Source: Tubiluchus corallicola
Taxonomy: Eukaryota; Animalia; Priapulida
Direction of reading: 5' to 3'
Length of the DNA stretch: 64,000 bases
Assembly: GCA_030141605.1 (NCBI GenBank)
Contig: JAQGDQ010000252.1
Location: 261,482 to 325,481, forward strand
Part shown: positions 28,029 through 48,887 of the stretch, one piece after another
Layout: every line of letters starts with the position of its first letter
Position numbering within the stretch: the stretch's first letter is position 1
Translations under genes and position numbers: made by a program
The notes under the pieces: model-generated
What the model saw: the letters and a program-made list of their open reading frames with translations, nothing else
Databases searched by the model: none
What the model was told of the DNA's origin: nothing

Positions 28029-31000
28029 ATTGTGTCTCTCCCATATCTCTCAGACCCTGAGATCTATTTTTTACCACACTATTGTTCCTTTCTTGCACTC
28101 TTGAATTCATTAACTCCTACCAATACTCAGTGTCAATAAAAACACTTAATTTAATTCTAATTTGTCATTATTATGTTTTTTCGCCCTCTGTAAAGATGAC
28201 CCTGTTTTAGTGCACAATTTTGAGTGGGAGGATGAGTTTCATGAAGGTGAGACATTTTCAAGTGATCATTTGGCAATGCATAATTAGCATCATATATTAG
28301 AACTTATTAAGCAACAGGTTTGAGAAGCATCTTGGTTTTAAGTATTAGTGGTGCTGTTTTATTTATGTGTAGTGTTACTAGTTTACATCTGTCCAGCTTT
28401 CCTTACTGTTTCTCAGTGGCTAAAAGAATTCATGCTCAGAAACTAAATTCTTGGCAGCTGTTACTATTGCTTAGTAATTTATGCCAGCATTTTGTGGGTT
28501 TTGTTTAATGAGTAGTAATTAGAACTTACTGCTAATACTTACTAACCAATCTTAGCTTCTCAAAAGGTTAACTGAAAGTTCTGCAATGGACATTTAATAA
28601 AAAAGCTACTATGAAACAATTACACAGTAATGAGAATTTAGAATACAGTGAAGAGTGTGCAGTAATTTTTTGCTACATGTTTCACTTTTTTTTGTATCTG
28701 ATATGTTAAATTCTTTGTTGTTACATGCACTCAAGTGTGTGCTATGAAATTACCTTTCTTAGTTGCGAACGGTTTGATGCTCATTTTGCTTAGCAGACTT
28801 ATAGTTGCTGAAAACATTTTTTTATGCTTGCTAATTAATAACTACTTGAATGAGTATTTTTCTAGTTTGCAAGTCATTTTCTTTTAATCGACTCAAGTTA
28901 TGGTATGTTTAATAATGATTTTTCTGTGCTTCCATTCTTATTGTCACAAAGGTCAATGAATCATTTTCTTATTTGTGTTATGAGAAATGGGAGTTGGCAA
29001 CTATAAGAAGATCATGAAATGAGCTAGCATGAAATTTTGAAACTTTTTCGGAGATTTAGAGAAATTGCCAAAATTTCAAAGTTACATAGGTTTTCTAAGT
29101 TTCTAATTTTATGTAGAAGCTTGTCAGCTCTTTGAATATTATTTCTCTACGATGACTTTTAACGCTTGTATTTTTTTATCTTAGGTTGCCACTATTTTTG
29201 CTCTCACGGTTCAGATTATAGTACGAATTTTACTTTAGTTTTTATGTATCCACAGTGCCTTGCTTCTTATGCAATCTGCTGTCTGTATCATCGTTCTTTG
29301 CATAAATCATTGCACAGCATGTAACAGATGTCTGTTGTATGTTGTAGAAGATGGGTGTTGTAACCGCTGGTTCACCAGATCATTCCACATTTATATGCAC
29401 CTTAATAAATAAGCTATTTGTAGAATAACACTGCTTTATTGTAGCTTTTCAACCTATGTGTCTTCTTGCGTTTTTGCATGAAGGAACGCCTGCTTCGCCT
29501 AGAAATGTAGGCCGAGATTCGGTTCTGTTTTGGCTTACTAGAATGACATTATCGAAAATATAAACATTTTCTATGCAAATTTATTTACACCGCCATTAAG
29601 AAGCTTGTAGGTATTCTATAGGTTCTATAGATCAGTTAACTAGAGAAAAAGCTTACTGCTAGTTTTGTGGTCGTCAAGTGAACTTTATAAATAGGTAATT
29701 GAATTAAAAAAATTAAGTCGCCTGCTTTAGGTCAGCTATATTATGTATTTTTGAGTTACGTACATTGGAAAGGTTATAATTTTGATAAATGATGTTCTTT
29801 TTAACTATTTAACTGTCTTGATTTAAAATAACTATGTAGCTATTTTAGAAGCAGTACTACATACCTGATTGTTTTCTTGCTATAATTTTAAGATAATGTT
29901 AATCTGGGCTTTTTTCTGATTAATTGTTTCATAATTATGAATCATTTGCAATGGGAATTTGATGTGTAAATCCTAAATGGTCAATACCAAACTTTATGAA
30001 AAATCTGCAATCTTGTCTAAGCTCTTAGCCCTTCAGGTTTGAGCAACCAAATAGTGAATAATTTTATGGAAACTGAATAGATTGAGGAGCACAAATTATT
30101 AGGGTCAGCTCAAATGCATTTTCATGGTCTGCATGCGGGCAGAAAACATTTGATTATATGTACGTGGGGTTGTTTGTTGAGCAGTTTTGAGTCATATTAA
30201 CCGTGCAGTTTTGGTTTTTGATGAAGATGAGGACTTGGATGCAAGCTTGCCGGAGACACCGCCCATTTTGAAGGGTTTGCGACATCCTCTTCCGCAAGCA
30301 GAGCAAGCTAAGCCAGGAGGCGGAATTGAGGAGGAAAAGAAGGAGAAAGAGAAAGGTATGGCTCTCTTGTTTTTCTGCACTGTATGACTCTAGAAATTCT
30401 ACGTTTATGTTTTTCTATGTGTACGAATTCGTTGTAGCACAAGCTGTTTTTCCTTATAGCTAGAAAAGTACCTAAGTTGTTTCGATCAAATGTTTAATTT
30501 TCTTAAATTGAAAATATTAATTACTAGTTGCTGCTATTAGTGTCAACCGTGCGTTATGAAGCACCCATATACGTAAGAAATGAGCAAACTCGTTCTCTAT
30601 TCCAGCACCACTTCGAGAGTTAACAGACGAAGAGAAACAGCGAATTTTGGCTTCCGAAGATTTCCTCCGTTTCTTTGAACGTACGACACGCATTACTGAG
30701 CGTGCCCTCTGTGAAGACTTCGATATCTTTAAAGACTATGGACTTGGTGATGAAGACCAGTCAGGAGGGTAAACTTCTATTTCTTGCTGTCTGTAGATAT
30801 AATAAACTTTTCAGCACATCAAAATGTCATTAGAATGATTTGATGAAATAATGTAAATGTACAGAAATATTTTTACAATCGCATTAGGGTGCATGTCTTA
30901 ATGTTTCACATTATTACCAAATGTTGTTATTTTTTAGTGATATGCAGACACATGACAAACTGTCAGTGAACAGGACATTTTTCGACGAGAGATGGTCAAA

Positions 31001-34000
31001 GCATCGTATTGTTACTAGTTTAGATTGGTCAACGCAGGTAATATTTGTAAAAATAAACTATGTTGAAATAATAATAGTGGCTACTGTGAGACAGGAATAA
31101 ATATTCTGGTTAGTTAGCGAAAAACTTGTTGCTAAATTTGTCTGGATAAACTTCCCTGTTTTTTCAAATTAGTTGTATTTTTCAAAGGTTGTGCCATTTT
31201 TTACTTGGCATTTCACTTTTTTTGTGATTCTTGTGAAAGTTTTGTAGATTCTTCAAAATTGTCACAAAGTTTATTTATGGTTTTGTCTGCATACAGAGTT
31301 GCACAGAAACATTCATGAATATGTGCATATGCTTGTTATATTATATTATTGTTTACAGTCGCTGCAAAGTGAAAGTTTTAAAATAACACAATGTCATTCA
31401 TTTTAGTTCCCAGAATTATTAGTAGCTGCTTATAATCAGAATGAGGAAGTCGCACACGAGCCGGAGGGAGTGGTTTTAGTCTGGAACCAAAAGTTCAAGA
31501 AAAGTACTCCAGAATTTGTCTTCCATTGCCAGGTAAACTATTGGAATTGTCTTGCCTGTAGTCATTCGTGATTTGTAGAGCATATAAAGCTTTACTGTGT
31601 CTAGCGAATTAAAATTGTGCTGTACAGGATGGCATACTGGGCACAGGTAGTAAAATTAGGAATTAGTAGGTAATAGTATTAGGAATTCGGTCACAAAATT
31701 TGATTATTGATTAGTTATATTTTACTAGTTAGTAGCAGGATATTTTCCTTTCACTCATTTTTGTGATAAAAAATTGTCTTTTTCTTTTAGTCTTCTGTGG
31801 TATCTGCTGCTTTTGCAAAATTCCATCCACATCTGATAATCGGTGGAACGTATTCGGGCCAGATTGTTGTTTGGGATAATCGCACTAATAAGCGAACTCC
31901 GGTTCAGCGTAGTCCACTCTCTGCTGCCGCACACACACATCCGGTGTACTGTGTGAATGTGGTCGGGTCACAAAATGCGCATAACCTGGTGAGCATATCG
32001 ACAGATGGAAAGTTTTGTACTTGGAGTCTGGACATGCTTTCTCAACCGCAGGTATGTATTGACCACATTATATGTGAATTTGTTGTTTCTAGTTATTTCA
32101 CTATACATTTTTACAATTAAAAAACTCTTTGAACGAGTTTACCTTATAGATGTGACAACAGGGTGTAACTTTTGTTTAGTATTGTGACTGATTAGTAACT
32201 GTGAGAACCTAGAGTTGTATAGCACAGCTTTGCAATGTAGCCAAGAATCATTTTCAAAATAATTGTTTAGGACTGCTAGCTGAGATAAGTACTTGGATTG
32301 GTGATCAGACCTCCAGTTTAAATCCAATCTGTCCTGTAAAATATCGACAGTAGTTTGAATGCTGCATTGAATGAAAAAACATGTATTCTGCAACATACTA
32401 TGTTTTGGATAATCTTTGCTTGTTTATGATTTACAGGAAAGTATGGAATTGCAGCACAAGCAAGCTAAAGCTGTTGCAGTGACATGTATGTGTTTTCCTT
32501 ATGGCGATGTCAATAACTTTATAGTCGGTAGTGAAGAAGGGCCTGTTTACACAGCTTGTAGACATGGGAGGTTGGTGTCTGTGTTCTTTATCGATAAATT
32601 GAGCATTTGTTCATGTCACCATGCTGAAATTTCGAAAATGGTTTAGCTTTTGTATTTTGTTGTAGGTTCCTGTTATTGTAACTAATATTGTATGATACAT
32701 TTGCTATTAAGAGGCTTCGAAGTATGTAATATAAGGTATTATTTTTTTATTGCTTACAATGGAGATATTTTTTTATCTTGAACAGTAAAACAGGTGTACT
32801 GGACATGTTTGAAGGCCACCAAGGTCCAGTTACAGGAATTGACTGCCATGTTGCACAGGGTCAGGTTGATCTTTCACATCTGTTCTTAACCTCTTCTTTT
32901 GACTGGACGGTCAAACTGTGGAGTCAAAAGGTACGGTTGGTGTTTCCTACACCTGTAAGACAATTCAACATTTATTTTGCAATTAGATTTTATCAAGTAA
33001 ATGACTTAGAATGTCATGTTTGTATTTGCTCAAGTGCATTGTAGCAAAGAATCTTGCCACATTTGCATGTGTGTTATACATGCTTCTTAAAACAATGCCG
33101 AGAATATTTATTATCACCAAGTTTTTTCGTCAAGTCATTGTTAAATTCAATAGTCAGTGTTCTGTAAAGAAAAACCAAGTATCGAAACAAAATTCATATC
33201 TGATTTCTAGTGTGAACATTTTTTGAACAACTCTGAAACCGGTTGTTGAGCATTGTGCACAAAAAACAGAAAAGCTCCATTGTTAAACTTCGTATTTCAA
33301 CTGATATTTCATGTAGGAAAACAAACCACTATACTCATTTGAGGATAATCAGGACTATGTGTACGATGCTCGCTGGTCTCCTATTAACCCAGCCTTATTT
33401 GCAACTGTTGATGGGATGGGACGTTTGGATGTCTGGAATTTGAACAATGATACAGAAGTATGCTATCACTGATTTCTTTTTTACCTAAATAGAATTTTGT
33501 TTTTATCTGCATATTGTGGTTTGTATCTTCATGTATTGTGTGGCTGATTTACCATATGTGAAATGACAGGTTAATATTTTGATAAGCATGAGGCATAGCA
33601 TACTGGAATTTATGGAGGTTGTTAACTTGCTTATAGGTATGCAAAAATTTGTTTACCTGCAGCAATATTTGAATAATGTACTGGAAGGTAAATTAATACA
33701 GGCATCTATGTGGAATTTAATTCCTAACTTTTATGCTACAGGTACCCACTGTGAGTAAAGTGCTAGAAGATGGCATTGCTTTGAATAAATTGAAGTGGTC
33801 GCATTCCGGTCATATGATAGCTGTTGGTAACGACGTTGGGAAAATATATCTTGTTGATGTTAAAGAGGTACATACAGCTGGTTTTTCTTAAAATGCTTTT
33901 GAGCTGATAGATAGAAATTTTGGGTTGTTAGAAAGAAAGACACCATAATACCCAATGCCCAAATTTTGGCAATGCCTACATTTTCACATGTTGAGTTTTC

Positions 34001-34519
34001 GTCTGTTCAAATGATTCATTTTTGCTCCCAAAGGTGTTGCTTTTGATGGAAATTTTTACATCAGCCAAGGTCATCTGGGCTTGATATCCCCGTGTGTGAC
34101 ATATTACAATGTGCTTTAATATAAAAAAATAGTAAACACTAGGTTGAAAAAAAACAGCAAGTGCTGCTGATAAGAAATGATTATATTAATGAGTGTCAAA
34201 TTGTCAACTTCTCTTTGCTTTGTAAAAAATATGCTTAATTCGATACAAGAATAAACTTTTTACATAGATTATTTATGCCAGTTGCAAACATTCCTTTAAT
34301 TAACCAACATAAAAGAACTTATAATTACCAGTGCTTGGTTATTGTTGTGATTGTATTGCAGATTATGATTTGTTCTTATTACAGCAAGTTGCAATGCCCA
34401 AGAATGACGAATGGTCAAAACTTGTGCGCACCTTGCAGGAGATAAAGAGTAACCAAGCAGATGCCGAGGAAGCTTTGAATCTCGCCTCCACACCGTCAAT
34501 GACGCTTCCAATTCGCTAA
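20991..34519 (+). CDS. DYNC1I: Cytoplasmic dynein 1 intermediate chain, up to 661 aa; exons 20991-21077, 23041-23140, 23581-23707, 24765-24886, [25501-25521], [28196-28246], 30209-30355, 30606-30768, 30938-31037, 31407-31532, 31791-32051, 32437-32570, 32786-32930, 33317-33457, 33742-33867, 34385-34519
   Basis: All exons are GT-AG and phase-consistent. The N-terminal helix reads [21 protein letters not shown]. The Tctex/LC8 region reads [25 protein letters not shown] and the Roadblock region [33 protein letters not shown]40 repeats include [40 protein letters not shown] and [16 protein letters not shown], all matching recalled DYNC1I1/2 and Drosophila sw/Cdic. Confidence 0.96.
24146..24612. 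mobile_element. Degraded hAT-like MITE with GTTACT/AGTAAC subterminal repeats
   Basis: Clusters of AAGTTACT at the left end and GTTACT/GTAAC at the right end, with (C/T)AGTG...(G)TACTG ends. No TSD confirmed. Confidence 0.35.
25501..25521 (+). CDS. DYNC1I: 21-nt symmetric (phase 1-1) microexon of dynein IC, (G)SSLDYY
   Basis: Long pyrimidine tract plus AAG acceptor ending at 25500 and a G|GTGAGT donor. In frame, no stop. The DYY ending resembles Drosophila Cdic AHATDYY (recalled). Confidence 0.8.
27490..28030 (+). repeat. Polypyrimidine tract grading into a compound tetranucleotide microsatellite (TCTG/CCTG/TATG/TCTA)n
   Basis: About 370 bp of almost pure C/T followed by (TCTG)n, (CCTG)n, (TATG)n and a long (TCTA)n run. 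Confidence 0.95.
28196..28246 (+). CDS. DYNC1I: 51-nt symmetric cassette exon of dynein [19 protein letters not shown] (alternative in-frame acceptor at 28210/28211)
   Basis: Acceptor tttttcgccctctgtaaag and donor AG|GTGAGA, phase 1-1. EWEDEF resembles Drosophila Cdic LEWEDEFT (recalled). Confidence 0.8.
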
Positions 34520-34593
34520 AATGTCTGGCCTTGCTTTCACTGAGTGTTAAGTTTGCTGAAGATATGTTGCTGCTTGCTGGCAACGTACTGATG

Positions 34594-35065
34594 TGTTGCT
34601 AGTGACAATCGTTATGGTAATTTGTTGGTTTGGGACAGTCTTTATGGTGATATGTTACTAGTGACAGTCGTTATGGTAAGCTGTTGCTAGTGATAGTTGT
34701 TATGGTAAGCTGTTGCTAGTGACAGTCGTTATGGTGATCTGTTGCTAGTGACAGTCGTTATGGTAAGCTGTTGCTAGTGTCAGTCGTTATGGTAAGCTGT
34801 TGCTAGTGACAGTCGTTATGGTAAGCTGTTGCTAGTGACAGTCGTTATGGTAAGCTGTTGCTAGTGACAGTCGTTATGGTAAGCTGTTGCTAGTGATAGT
34901 CGTTATGGTGATCTGTTGCTAGTGACAGTCGTTATGGTAAGCTGTTGCTAGTGACAATCGTTATGGTAAGCTGTTGCTAGTGACAGTCGTTATGGTGATA
35001 TGTTACTAGTGACAGTTATTATGGTGATCTGTTGCTAGTGACAGTTATTATGGTGAGTTGTTGCT
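34594..35065 (+). repeat. Minisatellite, ~16 copies of a 29-bp unit CTGTTGCTAGTGACAGTCGTTATGGTAAG, 75 bp after the dynein IC stop codon
   Basis: Direct head-to-tail repeats with period 29 (for example 34681 and 34710) and no spacers. Confidence 0.97.
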
Positions 35066-38000
35066 GATAAGTCTTGGTGATGATTTTTTACTAATGAGAC
35101 AGTTGATCTAGTGTTTATGGCAGTGAGCAGGAAATTTAGTTTAGCAAGTGTGAAGGATCTTAACGCAATCATTAATTAAGCACAGAAAAACAAGAGAAGA
35201 AACCTAAAATATCAAGTAATGATGTTAGTGGGAAGCATATGTGCAGTCTGTACTTAATTAGTGATTTTGTTGTTATAAAATTTGAAGAAAATTCTTGTAT
35301 TCTTAGGTGATCTTTTATGCATTTTCATTTTTTACTTTTCAAGATAGTGCCTGTCCTGTCACGAGATTTCCTATTTATCGTTCTTATTCTTATCATTAGG
35401 AATTTCTCTTCGTTACTTGCTAACTAAATTTCCATACGTAAGCAGTTCAAGTGAACAAATTTATGGCATTCATCAAAATAGCTGTCCTAAATAAATTACG
35501 AGAAAGGCAGGACTGTCGTTTTGTAAATGTTGCAGACCAATGTAATTGTTATGATCTGGGTTTGGCGATTTAGTGGTTTTTCAGTGACTAACCATACTGA
35601 TTGTGTATGCTTGCATGTTACAACTGAACTTCAAATATGTATTGTACCGAACATAAGCTACGTAACAGATTGGAAGATATGAAAAAAAACGTGCTAAGAT
35701 TTGAGCCTGTCTGCTTTATCCCAAATATATCAGATCATTTCTTTTTGTTTTTAGTGGCAAATTGTTCAAAGTATAACAAAGCTCCAATAGTAAAATTTAT
35801 CGAAAGATTCTATAACAGTCCAATTTAGTATTTGAAGCTGTTATTAGATTTGCATTGTTTCTGACAAAAGCCCAGAGATTTGAAACTGCCAAGAACTAAA
35901 ACTGAACATCTCTAGTTTTTAGCAGTGAATTTCACCTGCAACTGTACTGTCACAGTCATTTTATGTCTTCAGCTGCAGCGCACTTGGCCAAAGCTACTAG
36001 TGCATCCAGTATCTAATAAGCTTAAGATAAAATGCATATTTATGAAGTATTTTATTAATACGTTATCTTATTACATTATAATTATAATATTAAAAACGTG
36101 TCACATATAATTGAGAGGCTACTCAACCATGAATGGGTTACATGCACCAAAGAATAGGGGTTACGTTTTAGTTATATTACAGAGGTAACTAACTGTGATG
36201 CATGTTTTGGCAACCTTGTTGCAATCGGGTGTATATCTTCAGGATAAGTATACAAAATCTGTTTTTGGTGGTAACTAGACTGTGAACAGATTACCATATA
36301 ATGCTGGAATCTATGTTTTGGAGATGTGCCTGCTTATTTCTGTGTTATTTATGGCTTCATATTTGTAAAAAAAATAAAATTCGACCCTAAGAAATCCTTT
36401 GTTATATTTTTTGTTTAGGAAATGTACGGACCATACAGTCATATTTCGTTTCCGAAACTCTGAAAAACCAAGTTTTACCTTGGTATTAGGATACATTATC
36501 AATGTCTACATGCATCAAAAGAACATTACAATATTAACACTGAAGATAGCATTCAGTCTGAAACATTCAGAATAGCTGATAAAAGGGGGAAAATGGTTAT
36601 TTCTACTGATTCAACTAATATATATTATGTGCACTTTACTCAGATACTGAGTTATACAAAAAAAACTGAAATTGAGTGCTGTCATTTATGTAGCTTTACC
36701 ATGAACAAATTACATGATGGTTATCTGACGTAACTGTATTATAACAGCAATAAATTATACCTGTACAACTGCATATTATAACTATTTGCATGCTTACGTC
36801 TGCTATAATTAATCTAGCTTTGATACAAGTGGAAAATACAGCAAATGGCAATAATTTAACCATGCTTGTAAATTGTAATTGTATCCCTTCCATGATTGAC
36901 TTTATTAATTATAATAAATTAGTTAGGTTTAACAGAGTTTCAGTCTGTTTGAATCAACAGTTCAACACACTGCAACACTATCTGACTTTTACAGTGCAGT
37001 AGACTACAACAAAATGTAAAACATACTACCCACTACACACATACTGTGAGCACCACTTTCCTACATTAGTATGGATCTGGCATACTTGTTTAACGATATC
37101 GAATTATAAAAAACAGTAGCGTTTGAAAAAGTAAAATAAGTATTACATGTAGAAAATAATTATTATCCCACAAAGAAACATGACTTATTCCTAAGAAATG
37201 TCCAGCCTCGATATACTTGAATACAATACTTGTGTAACAATGTACACATTGCGGGATTCCTGTAGTCAGCTGTTCTAGTCATAGTGCACTGGTTGAGAGG
37301 GTAGGTATAACACATTTTTCCTCGCTGGGCCATGGATTTAATAGGGTAAAAATAATCTATATTAGATGTCGGATGCTATATTTGGCAACTGACGTCTAAC
37401 ATAATGTCAATCATTTTCGTTGACTGCCCAATCAGTGTGCAAGTTATTTCACACACCCGTGCAGCAGGTACATTCGGGACTTTTAGCTACAGCTCTGCCT
37501 AACACTGTTATCAAAAAATGCTCACGTTTTCATTAGTTAGCGGGAGAAATATTGGCCTAGTTCTAGATTTTATTATTGTCAATTGAAATTGCAAGTAAAC
37601 TGGTGGAAATATATAGTCTAGTTTCGTTGAAGAAATGCACAACGCTTACGTCTATGAGTTGCTGATTAAACCATTTTGCAATCAAGAAAATACGCAGTTT
37701 AGTTTAATTTACGGCTTTGCAAGTTATTTAGGCCTATTTGATTAACTTTAAATAATAATAGTTAAACAATAATTTTAAACAACTATTTGATTAACTTTAA
37801 ATAAGGACAAAACAAAATGTTTTCTTTTCTGGCCAGTTTTTAAAAACCTCAATAAGATTTTCACAGTCAAAATCAATTCAAATGTGGTCAAAACTTATAA
37901 TATACATCAATGTAATATTAGCTAATTTTATGCTATTTTTCTAGTTATAATCAAGGTTAAAAGATACCATTGGGACTTATGTGAGTCGGGCATTCAATAT

Positions 38001-38699
38001 GCGAGTCGTCTATGGAATGGAACAGTCACATTTATCCCATTTCGTTACCCTGACAAACGGAAAAATACAAAAACTTAATAAATCTTGCAGACGAGCACAT
38101 GATCAATTAATATAGAAAAATACGTCGCAGGCTTGATGTTCGTATGTTTAGGCAAGAGAGTCTTAATACTTTTGTTGCTCATGTATTGTAAAGCAAGGCT
38201 AACTGGCTTAGTTTCTTTATTATATTTATGTCTCTGTATTTTGTAGTGCTTTGAAACTTCATCTCTACATTCTGTTTACATTGAAAAGTCATTTTTTGGC
38301 AACTTGAAGTGTTAATTTCATGTTAAATAGCTGCTGCTCTGCAAATTTCTGTTTATGAAAAAGAGCAAACAGTTTATCTGCTGATCAGACATTAGTTGTG
38401 ACTATCGTGTAGTTTAGTTTAGTTTAGTTTAGCTTAGACATTTGTCCTGTGTGAGCCGTTGTCCCGAATGCTGCTGAGTGTGCTTACGTTGCAGCGGGGG
38501 CGGAGCGATACACCAATATGTTTGACGTCAATTAAAGCTACTCGGTAGGCTTGCATTGTTTGTTAAAAATGATGCTAACTTTAAATAAAGATTATTCTTA
38601 TTTATAATGAGCCTTACATGAAACACCCTGCTACATTACACTAATACTAAATAAAAAATTTATGGTTATATTATAATAATATAAAAGTTTTCCTTAGTT

Positions 38700-47187
<8,488 letters not shown>

Positions 47188-47377
47188 GATGGTTTGTAAA
47201 TGATTTCACATAAATGGTCAAAGATAAAAAGCACTACCACTCATTCATTTAGTCTGCAAATAATGAAACAATGAGTGCACATAAAAAATATTAATATGCG
47301 TTAGATTAATGTATGTTTAATGTTATATTTCATTAATTCTAAAATTACTATAACCTATGCACTACATCACTGTAATA

Positions 47378-48350
47378 CAGTAGGCGCTGCATAATAGACT
47401 CACTTTGGGATCGAAGTGTTTTGACCCAATTAACTGAAATTAACCGACTGGATATATTAACCAATGGGTGTAGTATTACTGGTATAGAAGTACGAGTCAT
47501 CAGTTTAGTATGCACTGCAAAGGTTTTTAATGAACTTTAGAAATGAAGTAATGCCTAAATTCCTTTCTGCAGTTAAAAATTTGAAAAAATATTCTAAAGT
47601 ATTAATTTACATATAAATGAATTAGCAATAAATTAAAAAGTATAATTTTCTCAATCACTGTTTATTTGCAAAATTTATAAAAATTCCTTCAAAGTTGGCT
47701 GCTTCATTTTATCACAAAGAAGTTGGCTGACAAAGTTCTCATAATGATAAAAACGTTGAAAATCTGTTGTATGTATGATGCACAAATTCTGGTAAAATAC
47801 TTGGTGTAAAGTGCTTGGTGTGCTTAAACTGTTGGCGGGGTTTGTGTTTCTCCGCAAATAGCTTCATCTGTAGTTTTGCCTAAGCTCTCGCTTGCTATAA
47901 TTGTGACGTACTTACTGTACTGTACTGTACCTGCGTCCCTGGCATAACAGCAACATCTAACGTTTAAACTTTCTGGCAAAGAAAGGCAGAGCTTTAAAAG
48001 CCGCTAAGTAAGTGATTAAAGGTCTGGTTCCAGGAATTCTTGGGTAACAACGTTAATTGCAGTGTCCGGGCTGGTCAAAGCAAATATTAGACTAGCATAA
48101 TTAGCATACGATAAACGTTCCTACTTACAAACATGATTGTTTCAACGCATATTATAGGACAAAAGCGAACTAAGATGATATAAGTCATGAATGCTTATCA
48201 GTCACACAAAAGTGTCTTATTGAACTATGTGAAGCAAAAATATGGAGTCAATTATGCAGAGTTATTTGAGTCAATTACCAACAGTTTTTAGGTACATTTG
48301 AATAGAAGCGGCTCATACGCATTTTTGAGTCAATTAAGCTGCACCTACTG
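47378..48350. mobile_element. Tc1/mariner (Tigger/pogo-like) MITE upstream of the Abi ATG exon
   Basis: TA|CAGTAGGCGCTGCATAATAGACTCA ... TGAGTCAATTAAGCTGCACCTACTG|TA: a 25-bp TIR with 21/25 match and TA on both sides. Confidence 0.75.
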
Positions 48351-48575
48351 TACTTCATAATTTCTACATAGAAATGGCTAAATAGTAAGAGGTTTTTTAA
48401 CTATAGTGCACTTAAAGAAAAACTTCTTAAAGAGGTTCACAAATAACGTCAGAAAGTTTCAGTAACTAACATGTCATAAGTGCCTTGTGTTAGTTGAGTA
48501 ATTTGTAAAATCACTTTGAAGTCACGTCCGTTTCACATATTAACATGTGATAAGTGCCTCGTATTAGTTGAGTAA

Positions 48576-48887
48576 TGCCTACTACACCCACCGCTGAAGG
48601 GGCTATTTATCCATACCCAGTACCCCCCTCGGCCCGTTCCCGTTCTCTACATCTCAGCCGTATAACTTTTGCAAAAAACGGCCGAAAAAGGGCCATTTTT
48701 GGAGGTTTTTCGCCCCCCGTTCCTCCTGGTGGGCCCGATTCGAAAAATAAACCCCCAATGAGACGACACTAGATCGAGACCTTTCTTTTGATATATAGAT
48801 CGCCGCAAATGGTGCCCTCGTCCGGGCTGTAGCCTCGAATCTTATATATATATATATAAAACATACCAAGAATATTAATATAAGAGA
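48576..48887 (-). mobile_element. GC-rich Helitron-like non-autonomous fragment
   Basis: Abrupt GC-rich island. The minus strand starts a|TCTCTTATATTAATATT followed by a (TA)n tract, like Helitron 5' ends. It interrupts a copy of a dispersed repeat. No 3' CTRR or hairpin was seen. Confidence 0.5.

Noticed and set aside
27284-28104. Three overlapping Phe/Leu/Ser-rich ORFs (112-258 aa) that look like membrane proteins
   Set aside because: Artefact of a stop-poor polypyrimidine/microsatellite tract inside a dynein IC intron.
30541-30572. Extra dynein microexon (TAG|...TAC|GTAAGA)
   Set aside because: It breaks phase and would leave a 33-nt intron before the next exon.
34594-35065. CRISPR-like array (29-bp repeat)
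   Set aside because: Units are head-to-tail with no unique spacers, there are no cas genes, and the context is eukaryotic. It is a minisatellite.
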